DNA of 64,000 nucleotides from the human T2T-CHM13v2.0 reference genome, Homo sapiens (GCF_009914755.1 NC_060937.1); one strand, 5' to 3'. Positions 1 through 14,371 are shown, numbered from the stretch's first letter. The notes: generated by a model not told the origin, from the letters alone. Program-made: numbers and translations.

Positions 1-682
1 ATCACATGTGCCCCCAAAATATGTAAAATTATGTACCCATAATAATTAAAAATCAGTAAAATAAGATAAAATAGAATTACCACCTTTATGTCTTTACTTG
101 TTATAGGCCTGTTTAAATTTCCTAAAATTAGTTTTGAAAGTTAATGTCTTTTTCAAAAATTTTATCTAAGTTGTCTAATTTGTTGCCAAAACTTTGTTCA
201 TAATATTCCCTTCTTAATTTCTTTAATATTGGCAGTGATATCCTCTATTTACTGGTTTTGGAAATCTTTGTCCTATTTATTTTTATCAATTTTTTTCTCA
301 AAAAAACAAAACTTCTGAGTTTATCAATTTCTCTCTGTCTCTTAAAATGTTTTCTGTTATTGATCTTCACCAATTTTAATGTTTTCCTTCTCCTGCTTGC
401 TTTGGGTTTCCTTTGATCTTATCTTTCTAGTTTCTTAAGATGACAACTTAGTTATTGATTTGAGGACTTTCTTCTTTTCTATATAGTTGTTTAATGCTTT
501 GAGTTTCCATTTTAACTCATGTTTTAGCTGTATCCTACGAGACATATTGTATTTTCATTAAATTTTAAAAATTGTATGGGTTATCCTTCAGAATATTTCA
601 TGTGTGCTTGTAAATAATGTGTATTCAATAATCAGTGGGTGAAATGTTCTATATATGTTACCTAGATCAATTGAAAAAATCT

Positions 683-1031
<349 letters not shown>

Positions 1032-1404
1032 TTACTGTTTTATTACTCTCTCAATTACTGAGAAGGTAATACTGAAATCTGCAAATGTAATTGGTGATTT
1101 CCTATTTCTCCTTTCAATCCTGTTAATTTTTTTCCTCAGGTACTTGCTATTTTCTTATTAGGTGTGTATGTATTTGTAAGTGTTAGGTCTTCAAACTTTT
1201 CTGTGTTCTTCAGATTAGATAATTTCTGTTGATCTATCTTCATGTTCAATTATCTTTCTTCTGCCTATTTTATTAGCTGCTAAGCTCTTCTAGTATATCT
1301 TCTGTTTTGATAATTGTTATTTTCAACTCTAGATATTCTATTTTCTTTCCTTTTATAGTCTCTATTTCCTTACTGAAATTCTATATTTGTCTTATTATTG
1401 TAAT

Positions 1405-1446
1405 TATTTTTCAATACTTAAAACATATTTTTCAATACTTAAAACA
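1405..1446. repeat. 21-bp perfect tandem duplication
   Basis: tatttttcaatacttaaaaca x2. Confidence 0.95.
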
Positions 1447-2271
1447 TTTTCTTTTGTTCTTTGAACATATTTATTATAACTGCTTTGAAAGCATTTTCTA
1501 TTAAATCCAACATCTGATCACACTCAGAGTTCATTTCTATTTACTACTTTTGTGTTCTGAGGATGAGTTTTTTTTTTAATATTTTTCACTCATAATTTTT
1601 TGAGAAGTATATCCTTAGATATTATGTCGTATAATCTCCAGATTCTCCCTTTTTTCTGAAATTTTAAAAGTTGGCTGTATTTAATCTGCAAATTATTTGT
1701 CCTGAGAAATACAACCACTGATGTCTCCACTCAGTAATTTTTGTCTCATTTTCATTTTTAATTCTAAATTCCTAGGGGTTGCTCCTGTGTCTGCATAGCC
1801 TAGTAGTTAACCAGTGATTAGACAGAGCAATATCTTCAAGCTTATAAAACTTCTACCTCACGGGTGTAGATTAATGTGTGGGTTGAGACATTCATTTGAT
1901 GTTTAAGCAATTTAAATATCTGCCTCAGGTTTTACTTTGTATTGGAGCTCTTCTGGGTGTTACCAGCACATGCCTGTAGTTTCCCGGTCATTCAGGTATA
2001 TATGGAGAGCTTATCTATTCCCTCTGTAGATTTCTGATTAACTATATGATATCTTTTTAAAATTTCTGGACTCTCTACCACTCACCTCAACCAGAAACCC
2101 TATGTGCTTCCTGTGAATTTTGCTGCTTATACTAACAATGCTGCTGGGTGTGGATTTTTGTTTTCTGTTCCAAGTCAATTCATCCTCCTCTGACAGCAAC
2201 GCTACTGGTTTAGAGTTAGCCTCATCCTTAAAAATCTGCTGTGCCATTACGGAGAAACAAAACTAGAAAGT

Positions 2272-2910
2272 TGTTAAAGGCTATAAAGACAGATTTTATT
2301 CACCTTCTACTGTAGTAGCAGACAGAGACTTCAGTGTAAAACTAGGCTTGATTTTTCTAAAACAAAAGATGAGAGAACTTTTAAATACTGAGATGTGGTA
2401 AGGAAAAGAGAGGGAAGGGTATGAAGAGGGCAAAGGGATCCATGTGATTAGGCCATTTGGGTTTGTTAATTGGTGCTTTATCTGGAGAAGAGGGAAACTT
2501 CTCCTATGGTTATGAAAGAGCCAGTTGTGTAAGTTGGAGCAAAGCACTCAACACAGTAGGGCCGTTACCTTTCCACAGGGATGGGAAGGTTAGAAAGCAA
2601 GAGCCATCTTCCTGCATGTTTCTGTTTCAAAGGGTGGGCTCCAAGGTCCTTGAAGAGACATTTTTGAGTGGTATAACTCCCTTCTTTTCCAAGGGGAAAG
2701 ATAGATTAAAACCAATATGTTCAAGTTTTCCAAGGGGAAGAGAAAGGAGTGATAATTGCAAGCTTTTTCAGGTAGGCGTTTCAAAGCGGGTGGGGATATC
2801 TTAGTGACACAGCTCACTGTTTCAGGAAGCCCATGCTAGAGTTTGGTCAAGGTTCTTAGTGTAGAGGTTTAGGTTTGGACAGAGTCATTTTGTGCTGAGA
2901 AGTTTCGCAG
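2272..2910 (-). mobile_element. ERV1-class solo LTR (MER67/MER89/MER90-like) inserted in the L1M
   Basis: GA-richer block with TG...CA ends; TTTATT near the left end (AATAAA on minus); motifs agagacttcagt..aact and caaggtccttgaagagacatt; L1M resumes afterwards. Family call from memory. Confidence 0.5.
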
Positions 2911-3219
2911 ATGTCCCCTAAGGTAGGTATAGAGGGATGGGAGCAGCTTCACACAAAAAGATGCAGAATCTAACCATTCCTACCTGAAATTCTAGCAGCT
3001 TTTTGTGTGCTAATACTACTCAATTTATCATTTGAATTTTTTTCAATTTCCAGGGCCCCAAAATGGCTGTTTTTGACAATTTGTTGAGTTTTATACTCAT
3101 TTTGGGGGTATAGAATTTGCTAGCCTTTCCATTCCATCAGATCCGAAAGTCATACCTTAATTGCTTTGAATCTTGAATTAAAAATTTGAATAGAAAAATA
3201 ATGTGATGAAGTATCAATC

Positions 3220-3400
3220 TGATGTACTAGAAAGACCAATGGGTTAAAACTCAGACCATTCTTACCTGTATCATGCTATTCATACATTTTTAGCCTCAAG
3301 TAAATGGCAAGCTATTTAAGGGCTCTGTTTCCTTGTGCAAATAATGACATTATAGATACCTAAGATGTTAGTTGAAAAATTAAGTATGAATTTGAGAATG
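3220..3400 (+). mobile_element. MIR
   Basis: Degraded core ggcaagctatttaag..ctctgtttccttgtgcaaataatg. Confidence 0.55.
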
Positions 3401-4154
3401 AAATTATCTGAAGTTTCAATTGTACTGACAATCTATAAAGCATCTTACAAATTTGAACATATTGGTTTTAACCTATTTTAAGTAAATAATTAAAGTCTGG
3501 AAATTAATTTATACATACGCATTTTACATTGTTTACCTTGAAGTTATTCACTCAATTTTAATTCCACCATTGACCACATTTTATAGAATTTTAAAGTTTT
3601 GAGACAATAAATAAATAATTAGGTTTCTTTCTTCTTTTATTATTCTACATATTATGAATTATTTGCTATTTGTCTTCCTTTTTCAGCCTAAATAGCCTTA
3701 TTAGACATTGGCCTCACTCTCCATCCAGGAAATAAAAACAAATATGCTTCACTATAGTGGAATGCTTTATGTCAACCCTGGAAGAAAAATAAAGCTTAAG
3801 GGAAACTTTCACTCAAGTCCTATAGCAACTAAAGAGCTATGGCTGAATATAAATTATTGGAAATTTTCTTCAAATATTTTCTACCTGCCACACTCTGATT
3901 TCATAAAAATAACCATTTTGTTATTTGTGACTTAATTCTTTTTCTAAACAATGAGATTAACGACTGTGTTCATTTTGGTAATTTTTAAAATTTAGAGGAA
4001 AATTAGTGACATAAACATAAACAAGAGGCATTAAACTCTATTTACTTTAGGGGAACACAAATACATATTCTGATTTCTATTAAAACACCATTATGGACTA
4101 TATATTAATATATAAAGCTGGTGATTATTAAAAAATAAATTAGAAATCTAACAA

Positions 4155-4358
4155 CCACATCTGCAATGTATTTAATGTAATCCAGATTGAGACGAAGACA
4201 AGAAAACTTTGACAGATATTTTATAAAACTTTTTAACACACTGCTTTCCCAATGAATTAAGGGTAAAAAGGATCAGTTGTTGTGGGTGCTTTTCCCAGAT
4301 CTTCTGAAGGCTGGTGGCTTCGATGTCATATTTTTTAAAGATGACAACATGGCGAAAC
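4155..4358 (-). ncRNA. Candidate terminal exon of a minus-strand spliced transcript
   Basis: Minus strand: ctcctttctgacactccttctcag|GTTTCG acceptor; ATTAAA at 4176-4171 followed by GT-rich tgtggttgttag; non-repetitive; 3 CpGs in about 200 bp. Splice and polyA signals only. Confidence 0.35.
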
Positions 4359-4550
4359 CTGAGAAGGAGTGTCAGAAAGGAGTGTGAATTTGTAGTGCAT
4401 TATAAACACAGTACTTAACACTAGAAAGAGAAAATTAACATTTATTGTCATCTCTTCATAATATTTCTCTCCTTATTTCTGAAGTATCTATTCTTAACTT
4501 CTGGTCTCAGGGGTACCTAAATGTTCTCAAAACCCTACCCAGTCATTAGC

Positions 4551-4551
<1 letters not shown>

Positions 4552-4599
<48 letters not shown>
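4552..4599. repeat. (ATT)16 microsatellite
   Basis: Direct reading. Confidence 0.98.
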
Positions 4600-6001
4600 T
4601 TGCTTTTGCTTAACAGAAACAAACAAACAAAGTTAGATAAATAAGGGGTTCAGTTCCTTCTAGGCAGTGACCTTAATAAAAATTTTTACATACATGACAG
4701 TCACTTATCAGTGAGGCTTTTAGAACTTTATTAGGGTTAGACTGGCCACCATTCAGATTTTCTTTGCAAACTTTAAATTTTGTTAACTTGTATAGATTGC
4801 CATATGGTTCTAGCTTATCTCTAAAGATTAATTCAGTTGTCATAAAAATTTACAAAGTTTAATTTTCACTGAATCCTCTGATAATGTAAGGAAAACTAAA
4901 ACAGGCAAAAAGCAAAATCTCACTTTTAGGCATATTAGGCCTTTAACAATAGTGTGTAACATTATATTTGTACCTTGTTAGGCCAACATGTTGACATACT
5001 CGCCTAGATGAAGGAAAAGTTCTAAATGTCATGTGTATCTTTCTCTCCCCCAAATACTACTTATAATGATAATTTCAAAACTGTCACCATATTTTGGAGT
5101 TTACTGTCTCTGCCCTAATACTGTTGTAGGTAAACAAACAACTTCAAAAACTGTGTAGATTAAAGCCTTAGATTGTTTTCATCTGGATTATAAATCTTTG
5201 AGATATTTTTTCACTGGAAACGTAAGAAAAGATACAAACTGAGAAAGAAGACACATGGACTTGGTGACACTCTAAACTTTAATTAACTCTGGTCTATTTT
5301 GTTATTTCCAGATTTAGGAGGTCATTTAATAGGTGTTTATTCTTCCCAGTTAATTAAAATTGAAAATTATATTTAAATACTAACTCATAATAAGATTTCT
5401 ACACTTTAAATATCTATTTCACAGGAGCACTGGCATAAAGTTTTATGCAAATAAACACACAAGAGAAAAAAATCTACCATTATATGTATCACTCTGACAA
5501 TTGTTTAGGTAATTTGATTTTGTTCTTTTAGCATATTCAACAATTATTTTCTGGAATAAAAACTGTACTACAAAGCTCCTGGGCCCATGAGGCTGGTATT
5601 TTGATTTAGAAAACCAGTATTTTAGCAATAGCTGCCACTGATATAGCTTATTTCTTCTTTATTGCACTATCGTCTTGAGAATTAAATGAGAAGACATAAC
5701 AGTGCAATAAAAGGCACAAATGCCATTCATATTTTGTGAATCCTGTTACATAATATTTGGCAAAGCCTGAGCACAGCAAGCAACCTTTCACTTCCAGAGG
5801 TCACTTAGAGACAACCTTAACAACCTACAACACTGTTAAGATAGGGGAGGAGTAGGAGCATTTGTCAAAATAATCTTTGTAGCTAACACTAAGCAAGAAT
5901 TCCTTTGGCCTCTATTTTAGACTGATGATAATAAATATCATTGAAATTTCTAGCTCCAAGAATGCAAAGAGTAAATTATTTAAGAAGAGAAGGGGTTTCT
6001 A

Positions 6002-6084
6002 TTAGTTTGGTGCAAAATTAATTGTGGTTTTTGCCATTGCTTTTAATGGCAAAAACCGCAATTACTTTTGCAGCACCAACCTAA
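6002..6084. mobile_element. MADE1 (Hsmar1-derived MITE), palindromic, TA target duplication
   Basis: TA|TTAGTTTGGTGCAAAATTAATTGTGGTTTTTGCCATTGCTTTTAATGGCAAAAACCGCAATTACTTTTGCAGCACCAACCTAA|TA matches the MADE1 layout, with a 3-bp GCA insertion in the right TIR. Confidence 0.95.
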
Positions 6085-6689
6085 TAGAATAAGTAATATT
6101 CAGCTGAATACCAGTGTCTATAAGTATATAGTGCTTTGTGGTTTCACTGATGCTTTCACAGACCTTATTTGCTTCTCACAACCATTTTGTTAAAAGATGT
6201 GATGAGATTTTTACTAGTGAGATAACTTGCTTTAACCTCTTCAACAAATTATACAAAATTATACATATATCAATTGAAACTTGAGTCCAGTTATTTTACA
6301 TTTTTAATCAAGTATATATTTATTTAACTATGCCACCAAAGACAGCAAAGAGTCATACTATGTAGCTTAACATTAAGAGAAGGGAATGAAAAAGCTTAAA
6401 AGCAAATACATTTCAAGCAAACAAACATCACACAGACATATACACACGCATCCATCACTATCTAGTGATAGATGGTGCTAAACTACCCCACCTTCTCCCA
6501 TAACATCAAATTGCAGCAATAACAAATAATATAAGAGTTAATATACCTAATGATGATTGTGCTTTTAGGAAAAGATTGCTAAATTTAAGACAACAGTAAG
6601 AAATTATTTTAGAAAGATTTCCATATAATTATGAAAAATTAAATTGGTATACCTTAAATAAATCATCCTCCCTCTCTGCCAAATATAGT

Positions 6690-7511
6690 TTTGCAAAGTC
6701 ATGAGTGACTTTCCATTTTGGCAATCCAGTGGACGTTAGCTTTATTCTCATTTAGTATCATAAGATTCAGCTGACTATTTCTCCTTGAATTGCTCTTACC
6801 TTTATTCTCCCCATTATCATCCTGTCCTACTGAAAATTCTTTTTTAACCTTTTTCTTTTTTTTTTCTGGGAGATCTTACACATCAACCACTAAATAGTGA
6901 AGAAAACTAGACTTCTGTCCTAGAAGCTTTTCATTATCTGTAATCTCTCTCTAAGCAATTTCACTTATTATCAGGACTTAGATGATTATGATTCACAGAT
7001 TTATATCTCCAGGGAAGATTGCTTTTCATACTTAGAATTGAATCCAAATTCTACCTTCAAGGTTTTCATGCTTTCCACCTGACTTCATGCCATTCTTTCT
7101 TGCATTCCAGTTATTTTGACCCTTTTTCTCTTCCTAGAACAAAATAAAAAGCTATTTCTCATGTCAGAATCTTTATGTTTACTTTATCTTCTGTTCCAAA
7201 CACATTTGTTGGGGTCTTTAATAGCTACCCTTAAATACTAGCTTCAGTGGTCCCTGTAGAGTAGACTTCCCCTGACAAAACCTCCAGTTCCCCCTGGAGA
7301 TTCCCATCACAGCACAACATTTATTTCTACAGAGCATGCACACAGGCAAGCAGCCCCCAACACACAAAATCTGGAATTGTGTAATATATTGTTCTATCAA
7401 ACATAAATATTAAGTTTCTTGTACAGAAATGTTACTAGTCTCATTCTCCATTTAATCTTCAATGCCAATCTTACAGTAGCTATTAAATATATATTTGATG
7501 AATGAATGAAT
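6690..7511 (+). mobile_element. L2 fragments
   Basis: caaagtcatgagtgactttcc..aatccagtgg; ends with the L2 tail taaatatatatttgatgaatgaatgaat. Confidence 0.7.
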
Positions 7512-8218
7512 CATTTCATGATTGACTAATAGAAAAATGGAGCAGCCCTTAGTGGAAAAATGGAATACTGAGCAATCGAACATATTTTTTAAAGAAAGCA
7601 TTAGTGGGTTTTGCAGCACAATGTATTTTATGTTATTTGTGGTAAATATGTAAAAACTTCTTAAAGAAAAGTTTGAAATACATAACAGGAACTCAAAAAT
7701 GAAATTGCGACTAGGAATGTATATTTGGCAATCATTTACATTAAAATGACAGTTGACAGATTAAAAGTAGTTGAAATTGGCAATGGAGAGAAAAAAGAGA
7801 ATGAGCATCATGCTTGGTAAACACTCCCTTAGAGGGCACAGGAGTTTGAAGAGGAGTCAGAAAAATAGAATGGAGAGGGAAAAGATAGAATTAGTACCAA
7901 AATGCTTATCAAAGATGTGTTTATTACCTTCATAAAATATAGTTTCCTGGTAAATCCACAAATCCCTGAGTTTTAATACCACTTTTGTAAGTGGCAGTAG
8001 ACATTTTACAGGTTTATTTTTTTTTTACTGGGTAATTAGTCTTAAGACATCAAACTTTCAGTCTATTTTTTTTTCTCATTGAACACATTTAGGTAGAGCT
8101 AAAGTTCTTTGTCCCTTGAAGCCTAATATTATTTTCTTTTGTGATATACTTATATCAACATTTTAACTATACTTATTCTAAATGCACTTTAAGAGTGCTC
8201 AACTTTTTTAGGTCCTAG

Positions 8219-9650
8219 GTGGAGACAGCCAACAGTTCCCTAGTATCCATTCTTTGCTTTTTCCTTGAATTTACAGAGCCACAAATTTAAGCAGGAACAT
8301 GATGTCCAGTTAGAGACTGTATAGTTTAGCTTTCTTTTCAGTTAGGTACAGCCATGTAGCTGAGTTTCAGTCTATAGCATGTAAGGAAAATACAAACCAG
8401 GAACTAAACTACCCCACATGCTCCCATAACATGAATCTGAAATTTGCATATATATACACACACACATATATTTATATATATACATATATATGTATACACT
8501 TCTAGGTGCTGCCTTTAAAACATGTAGTCTGGAATCTAGATACAGGGTAACCCAGTTTTGGAAAATCAGAAGTGCAAACATCTTAGTAAACAGTGGAAAA
8601 CATAAATAAAGGAACGTGAATCTGGGAATGACCATATCAAACAGAGAGACCCCCACAAACGGTAGCACTCCCCTGTTACATGAGAGAGAAAAACACTTTT
8701 ATATCATTTAACCTGCTGCATTTTGTATCGTTTTGCTTTGGTAACCTTTACTATACTAAAATGGGATTTTTTTTTAACCTGAAAGAGCGCTCCATGGTAA
8801 AGATCTAAATTATATGGCATTGACATAGAGGGCAAGTAATGGATGGTAAGAAAAAAATATAGCAGGTTGGAGAGCTGCCAGTTCTTGTTATGCCATAGAA
8901 ATAATCTATTACAATGTTGCCTTCCCTAATGTGGAAAGCAGAATGCATGCAAGAGAAAAAGCCTTCACTAAAGTGAAGTGATTAGAAAAAAAAACAAATA
9001 AAAAACAGAATTTTTGGGTAGGTTGGTTCCACCTTTCTTTTCTTGCCAAATATTTATACAATAAACTCAATAAAAACTTGAAGGGTTATATGCAGAAATT
9101 GGAAAAAACAGAATCCACATCTTTAGACTCTTTCAAGGCTGAAAGATCCAACTGCTTCTGTTCCCCCGAATAAGTCATGTTCAGCACCTTTCTCAAAGGC
9201 TTTAAGACTTTTCAGCCAAATAAAGGGATCTCCCTGGTGCAAATATCAGATTCAGTATATTGTTCCAAATAAGCCTATTATTTTGCAGAGCCAGAAAACA
9301 GCGACCACTGCAATGATAAAATGATGGTTTGATGGGTGCAGCAAACCACCATGGCACGTGTATACCTATGTAACAAACCTGCATGTTCTGCACATGTATC
9401 CCAGAACTTAAAGTATAAAGAAAAAAAAAGAAAGAAAGGAGGAGTAAGCTGAGCAAATACAACCGTAAATTAACAGTACAATTCCCTAAGACGGAATTGT
9501 GCCCTTAATAACGTATCAAGCCAGGGTGGCCAAAGCCTATGATTACCTTATTCCCCCTGAAAATGCTTAGTTCTTCATGTGTTCTAGTGAGAAAGAGTTT
9601 CTCAAAACCCCAGAGCCCCAAGTAAGAGTTATTCAGTGTCAGCCACTGCA
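8219..9650 (+). mobile_element. MLT1J/I-like MaLR LTR (to about 8760) plus internal sequence
   Basis: ccattctttgctttttcc...gttaggtacagccatgtagctgagtt and catgagagagaaaaacactttt; MaLR-internal-like text follows. Confidence 0.55.
9322..9437 (+). mobile_element. Short L1PA 3'-end insertion (L1PA7-like)
   Basis: gatgggtgcagcaaaccaccatggcacgtgtatacctatgtaacaaacctgca..cccagaacttaaagtata plus A tail. Confidence 0.92.
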
Positions 9651-9849
9651 TAACAAGATGGACAGAACCTGGAATTCAAAGTAGGCATATGGAAGAATTG
9701 TTTTGCTAGTGTGGATTACTTAAAACACTGCATTTTTAATTCTCTTTGGGATAGAAACTTAGACTTTACCTTCACAGGTACACTAGGTTTCAAATTCTGT
9801 ATGTTAAATCTGTGTACTTTCTTAGTATTTTACTTTCTGAAATGATTTA

Positions 9850-10340
9850 TCATTTGTCTGTTAGCTCCCTGTTTGTGGACATTTTCTACAGGGAATCTTA
9901 GACAGGTCTCAGCCTACAGAGCCTTGATTGTGAATGGTTTTGCATTTATTCAATGATTATATATCAGTTTTTATATTTGTTTCTCAGTTCATGAGTTTTG
10001 CAACATGAAGATAACGTATTTTAAGATTCCATGAATAATCTGTGCAGTTTTATGTTGGAAACATTCCCTATTTTTACATACATGTTAAATTTAAACTACT
10101 GGGAATAAAATTTTCAATACCTACTTTTGGTTAACACAATATTTTACTGACTGCTTGTTTATGTAGGGAGCCACTTTCAATTTTCTACTATTCTTGCAAT
10201 TGCAACACGATATAGGCATTAAAACCTTAGAAGCAGAATATATAATAGCAGCCTTGTCAATCCTGTGAGATGTGTGGCTATAACTCCTGCCTATACCTTT
10301 ATCTAAGTGTTTATTCTTGCTTCTGGAATGGGAAGAGTTC
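9850..10340 (-). mobile_element. Old L1ME fragment
   Basis: Degraded antisense L1 3' region (tttttgcaacatg..ttttaagattccatg). Confidence 0.5.
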
Positions 10341-10429
10341 TTGTCCTCTTCCATATCTTAAAATATTTTATCTTGCATGTGGTGGAAGAGAAGATTTTCC
10401 TATCTGTTTAGTTCACTTTCCAGACCAGG

Positions 10430-10977
10430 AGCTAAGATAGAAATATAAAACTACAGAGTATAGAGGATACTTTCCAATATTCCAAATCTTTTAGAGATCC
10501 AAAGAACTAAAGAGAAAGGATAAAATGCTATATGTGACAAAATAAGTACGAAGAATTGTAGGAATATAAGGAAAACATGAGTTCAAAAGCAGGATCGATA
10601 AAAGAAAACCCACACACTAACTACAGCTTGGTGAAACTTGAATGCATCAAAGATAAAGACAAAATGCTAAAAAGCATCAGAGGGCAGTAAGTTACCGGAA
10701 AAAAATGAGAACAAAATATCAGAAACAATAGATGCAAAAAGACATGTGAAATAGTATCTCGAAAGTACTAAGGAAAAAAATTAGCTGGAAGTTCTTTAGC
10801 CACAAATACTATTCGAAAATAAATGTGGAATAAATACGCCCTCAGGCATGCAATAATTTATAAACTTTACCAACCATAGATTTTAGATGAAAGAACTACT
10901 ACAATATCTACTTCTTTAAAAACTTAGGGAAAATTAGTTCATGCAAGAATCAATAGATCACACTTGCCAATTTAGCT

Positions 10978-11011
<34 letters not shown>

Positions 11012-11200
11012 TACAAATAATAATTTCATGACATTATTATCAGTACAAAATAATAGTGTAAAGGGATAGTTTTAAGTAAATAAAAATATGTTAAAATTCT
11101 TACATTTGGAAAAATAGAGATGCTGATTAATGCATAATTATCAGTATGAGAAAAATAAAATTAATGTTCCATCTTATATCATGATAAAAGTTCCATATAA
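10430..11200 (+). mobile_element. Old L1M/HAL1 ORF1-region fragment with (TA)n(CA)n at about 10978-11016
   Basis: ggtgaaacttgaatgcatcaaagataaagacaaaatgctaaaaagcatcagag is ORF1 C-terminal-like. Confidence 0.6.
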
Positions 11201-11394
11201 AAATATAAAAATAAAAATGGTGAAAGGTATATGGTTATCTAACCTGGGTCCACCTGATCCATCCCTGCCATAGACTCCACTCAGCTTTCTGTTACACTGT
11301 TATCTGGCTTTCCCTTGCAAACACAGCTTTGCTTATTATTTTAATATTTGCTATTTTAATATTCTGCTAGGTACTAACCAGGATGTAGGTGTTC

Positions 11395-11500
11395 TTGCTT
11401 AAACGATTTTCAGTAGGGATCCTTGTGACAGTACTCACAAAGCCTTGAGCTAAAGCCTGAGTTATTAGATCTAATGCTAGTTGTGTTATGTTACAAGACA
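11395..11500 (+). mobile_element. Possible CR1/L3 relic
   Basis: gattttcagtagggatccttgtgacagtactcacaaagccttg resembles the CR1 RT region (gatttcagcaaggc..tttgaca). Confidence 0.35.
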
Positions 11501-13802
11501 GGTAAGGGTGCCTATCTCTGGATTTTCAAGGCCCTTTAATATCCCTTGACAATTGTCATTGAAAACAAAAATCCTCTTCTTTCATTTTAAAACCTATCAC
11601 TGAACAAGAATAGAGCTTTTGACTCTAAGACCTTAAGGTGTAATGCCAAAAGCCTACTATTTGTCTCTCTGTGAACATACTAGGCAGAAAAGTAGATATC
11701 CTTTTATTGAAAATGCTATGTTTTTATCTGAAGTAGGACTTCTGCTATGCCTATCTTTTAATGCACGTTGGTTTGCACTAATTCAATGTGATGAAACTCT
11801 TTTGAGACTGTGACTGTGTCTATAAGAGCGTGGAAAAATCAAATTAGGCCATAAAATTTGGCCCATTCAATTTACATTAAAAGAGAAAAATATGTTAAGC
11901 AAGGTTTTCTGTTGTATATTTTACTGTGTTGAGGCTTTGACATTTTTGGAGGAGTTATAATTGATAAAGTTCTCCAAGACAGCTCCTTGAATATGACTAA
12001 ACAAATATGGAATAATTTAGTTTTTTAACCAATTCTGATACAATATAATTAAAGTAAAAAAAATAGAGGGAAAATAGGTACATACTTTGGACTTAAGCCT
12101 GTTCAGCGATGGAGAAACCTGATCACCTGTCAGTTTATTAGGTGATAATCTATTGACTTTCTTTGACCTTGATGAGGCATTCAAACTTGTCTTTTGAGAG
12201 GTTTAGAACTAGTATTTATTTTCACCATATGGTAGCATCAATACATTCTTTGATGTCTGATGGTATATTTTATATCTTGTTTTGCTCTGCTGAACATATT
12301 TCTTTGAAAAACTTGTATCTGGCTAATGCATATTTAGGGATTTTTAAAGCCAAGACACAGTGAGGGAGATGATTTCCCTGTGGGTACCCAACAAAGGTCT
12401 CGTGAGGCTGTTGTTCAAGATTTGTTGTTAATGCTAGATCCACCAGCCAATAATGTGGTTAAGAGTAACACGTAGTTCTTCCAACAGGAAAAGCTTTAAC
12501 TACTAAACCTCAGAGTATCCTTAAGTATCTTTTAAGTAATCATTATCCTCTACTAGATTTTAAAATATCATCCTCCAGGATGAATATTCATGTAATAAAG
12601 GCAAATAATGTGATAAGCCACACATATGCATTAGATGGCCTATTTCTTTCATTTCCACCCAATTCTGTTATAATTTCTGATTTGTTATTTTAAAAGGTGT
12701 ATAATTTTCTAGGATGTCAATAAATAATTGGGAGTAGAATATAAAATACATGTTCACAAAAGTACTGAGCTATTCCACTAATACAACTACAAGATCAGTA
12801 GAGTCACAATAAAGAAAAGGTAATTTTAAAAATTTATTAGATCCCTTTATCCAATGTATTTATTTAATATAATCAATAATTTTATGCATGTACAATATTA
12901 AGTCAGAATATCACGACCATCACATTTTTAGATTCTATAGCGAGAGAATTTGTATACTTTCTCATTCTTACTTTGCTTCCAGATATGTAAAATTGCCCCT
13001 AAATATATTGTTTAGAAGACCTTCATAGCTAATTGAGACAAAAATCTTGATATTTTAACATCTGTACACTTAATTCACCTTTACTTTAAATGTTTCAACT
13101 TAGTTGTCACAACATTTAATTCAACACACTGTCTTAATATATTTATTCTTCAAATAATTTAATGTGACTTATATAGATATATGTATAAATAATATGGTAT
13201 GATATAAAAATAAAAAAGGAGAAAAAAATGAGAGTTAACTAAACCAGAATAAGTTAGGACAGAAAGATTCATAACATAATGTTTTATTCAGTTGCTAGAG
13301 GTCAATATCAAATTTGATTCTCTGATCCCTGGCAGCTAAGGAAGAAGAAAACTTGAATAGCCACAAGATTCAATGTCAGTAAAAGAAAATTATGCCAGGG
13401 ACTCATGAGAGGTAAAGCTTTATTTGGCACTAAGAATTAAAGGAATAAAGCCTAGGGCTTTTCATAAAGATTATTCTGGGGAATAACCTCAAAAATATCC
13501 TCTTCAAAATTTCTATAAATCAATACAACCATAAAACTACAAATCTATAGCATGTCTCAATTGTTCTAGGTTTTACTGTACTGGCATTGTAGATGCAGCT
13601 CATAATAACCCTGTTGTATAGTAATGCCCCTCAATATTTACAAATGACTCATTGACAATGTCACTTCAACGATTAATTTTTTTGAAGAAATCATCTACTA
13701 TTTTTCTGTATAACTACTTATCCAAATAAATTATTTATATTAAAACTACAATGATTAAAATGAAGAGATGATTAAAAAGGTACTAATCTTCATGCTATAA
13801 TC

Positions 13803-13846
13803 TTCTCCAATTATGTAGCTTACATTCTCCAACTATGTAGCTTACA
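13803..13846. repeat. 22-bp tandem duplication (1 mismatch)
   Basis: ttctccaa(t/c)tatgtagcttaca x2. Confidence 0.92.
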
Positions 13847-13855
13847 TAAATTTAA

Positions 13856-14274
13856 TGCAGTAGTCCATTCTCGCATTGCTATAAAGAAATACCTGAGACT
13901 GGGTAGTTACCCAGAAAATATGTTTAACTGGCTCATGGTTCTCCAGATTGCACAGGAAGCATTGTGGTTTCTGTTTCTGGGGAGGCCTCAGGAAGCTTGC
14001 AATCATGGCAGAGGGCAAAGGGGGAGTGAGCCACTTCACATGGCCAGACCAGAAGGAAGCGAGAAAGGGGGGAAAGTGCTACACATGTTTAAACAACCAG
14101 ATCTCATGATAATTCACTCACTCACAATCATGAGTGTAATCACAGCACTACGGGGATGGTGCTAACTCATTCATGAGGACTCTGCCTTCATCCAATTACC
14201 TCCTACCAGGCCCCATCTCCAACACCCGCGATTTGACATGAGATTTGGTGGGGACACAGATACAAACCATATTG
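13856..14274 (-). mobile_element. MSTA-like MaLR solo LTR
   Basis: tagtccattctcgcattgctataaagaaatacctgagactgggta ... gacatgagatttggtggggacacagatacaaaccata. Confidence 0.9.
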
Positions 14275-14371
14275 CTAAATGATTGGGAAACTAGATGAAA
14301 ACTGCAAACTGATAAAGACAGTATGAAAGCCCAAATGATTATTTTTCCCAAGCATCTTTTTTTTTTCCATC

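Noticed and set aside
3258-3272. Strong minus-strand donor CAG|gtaaga
   Set aside because: Lies in a MIR with no convincing paired acceptor.
6451-6476. Small imperfect inverted repeat ccatcactatctagtgatagatgg
   Set aside because: Too short to exceed chance; no TSD or family match.
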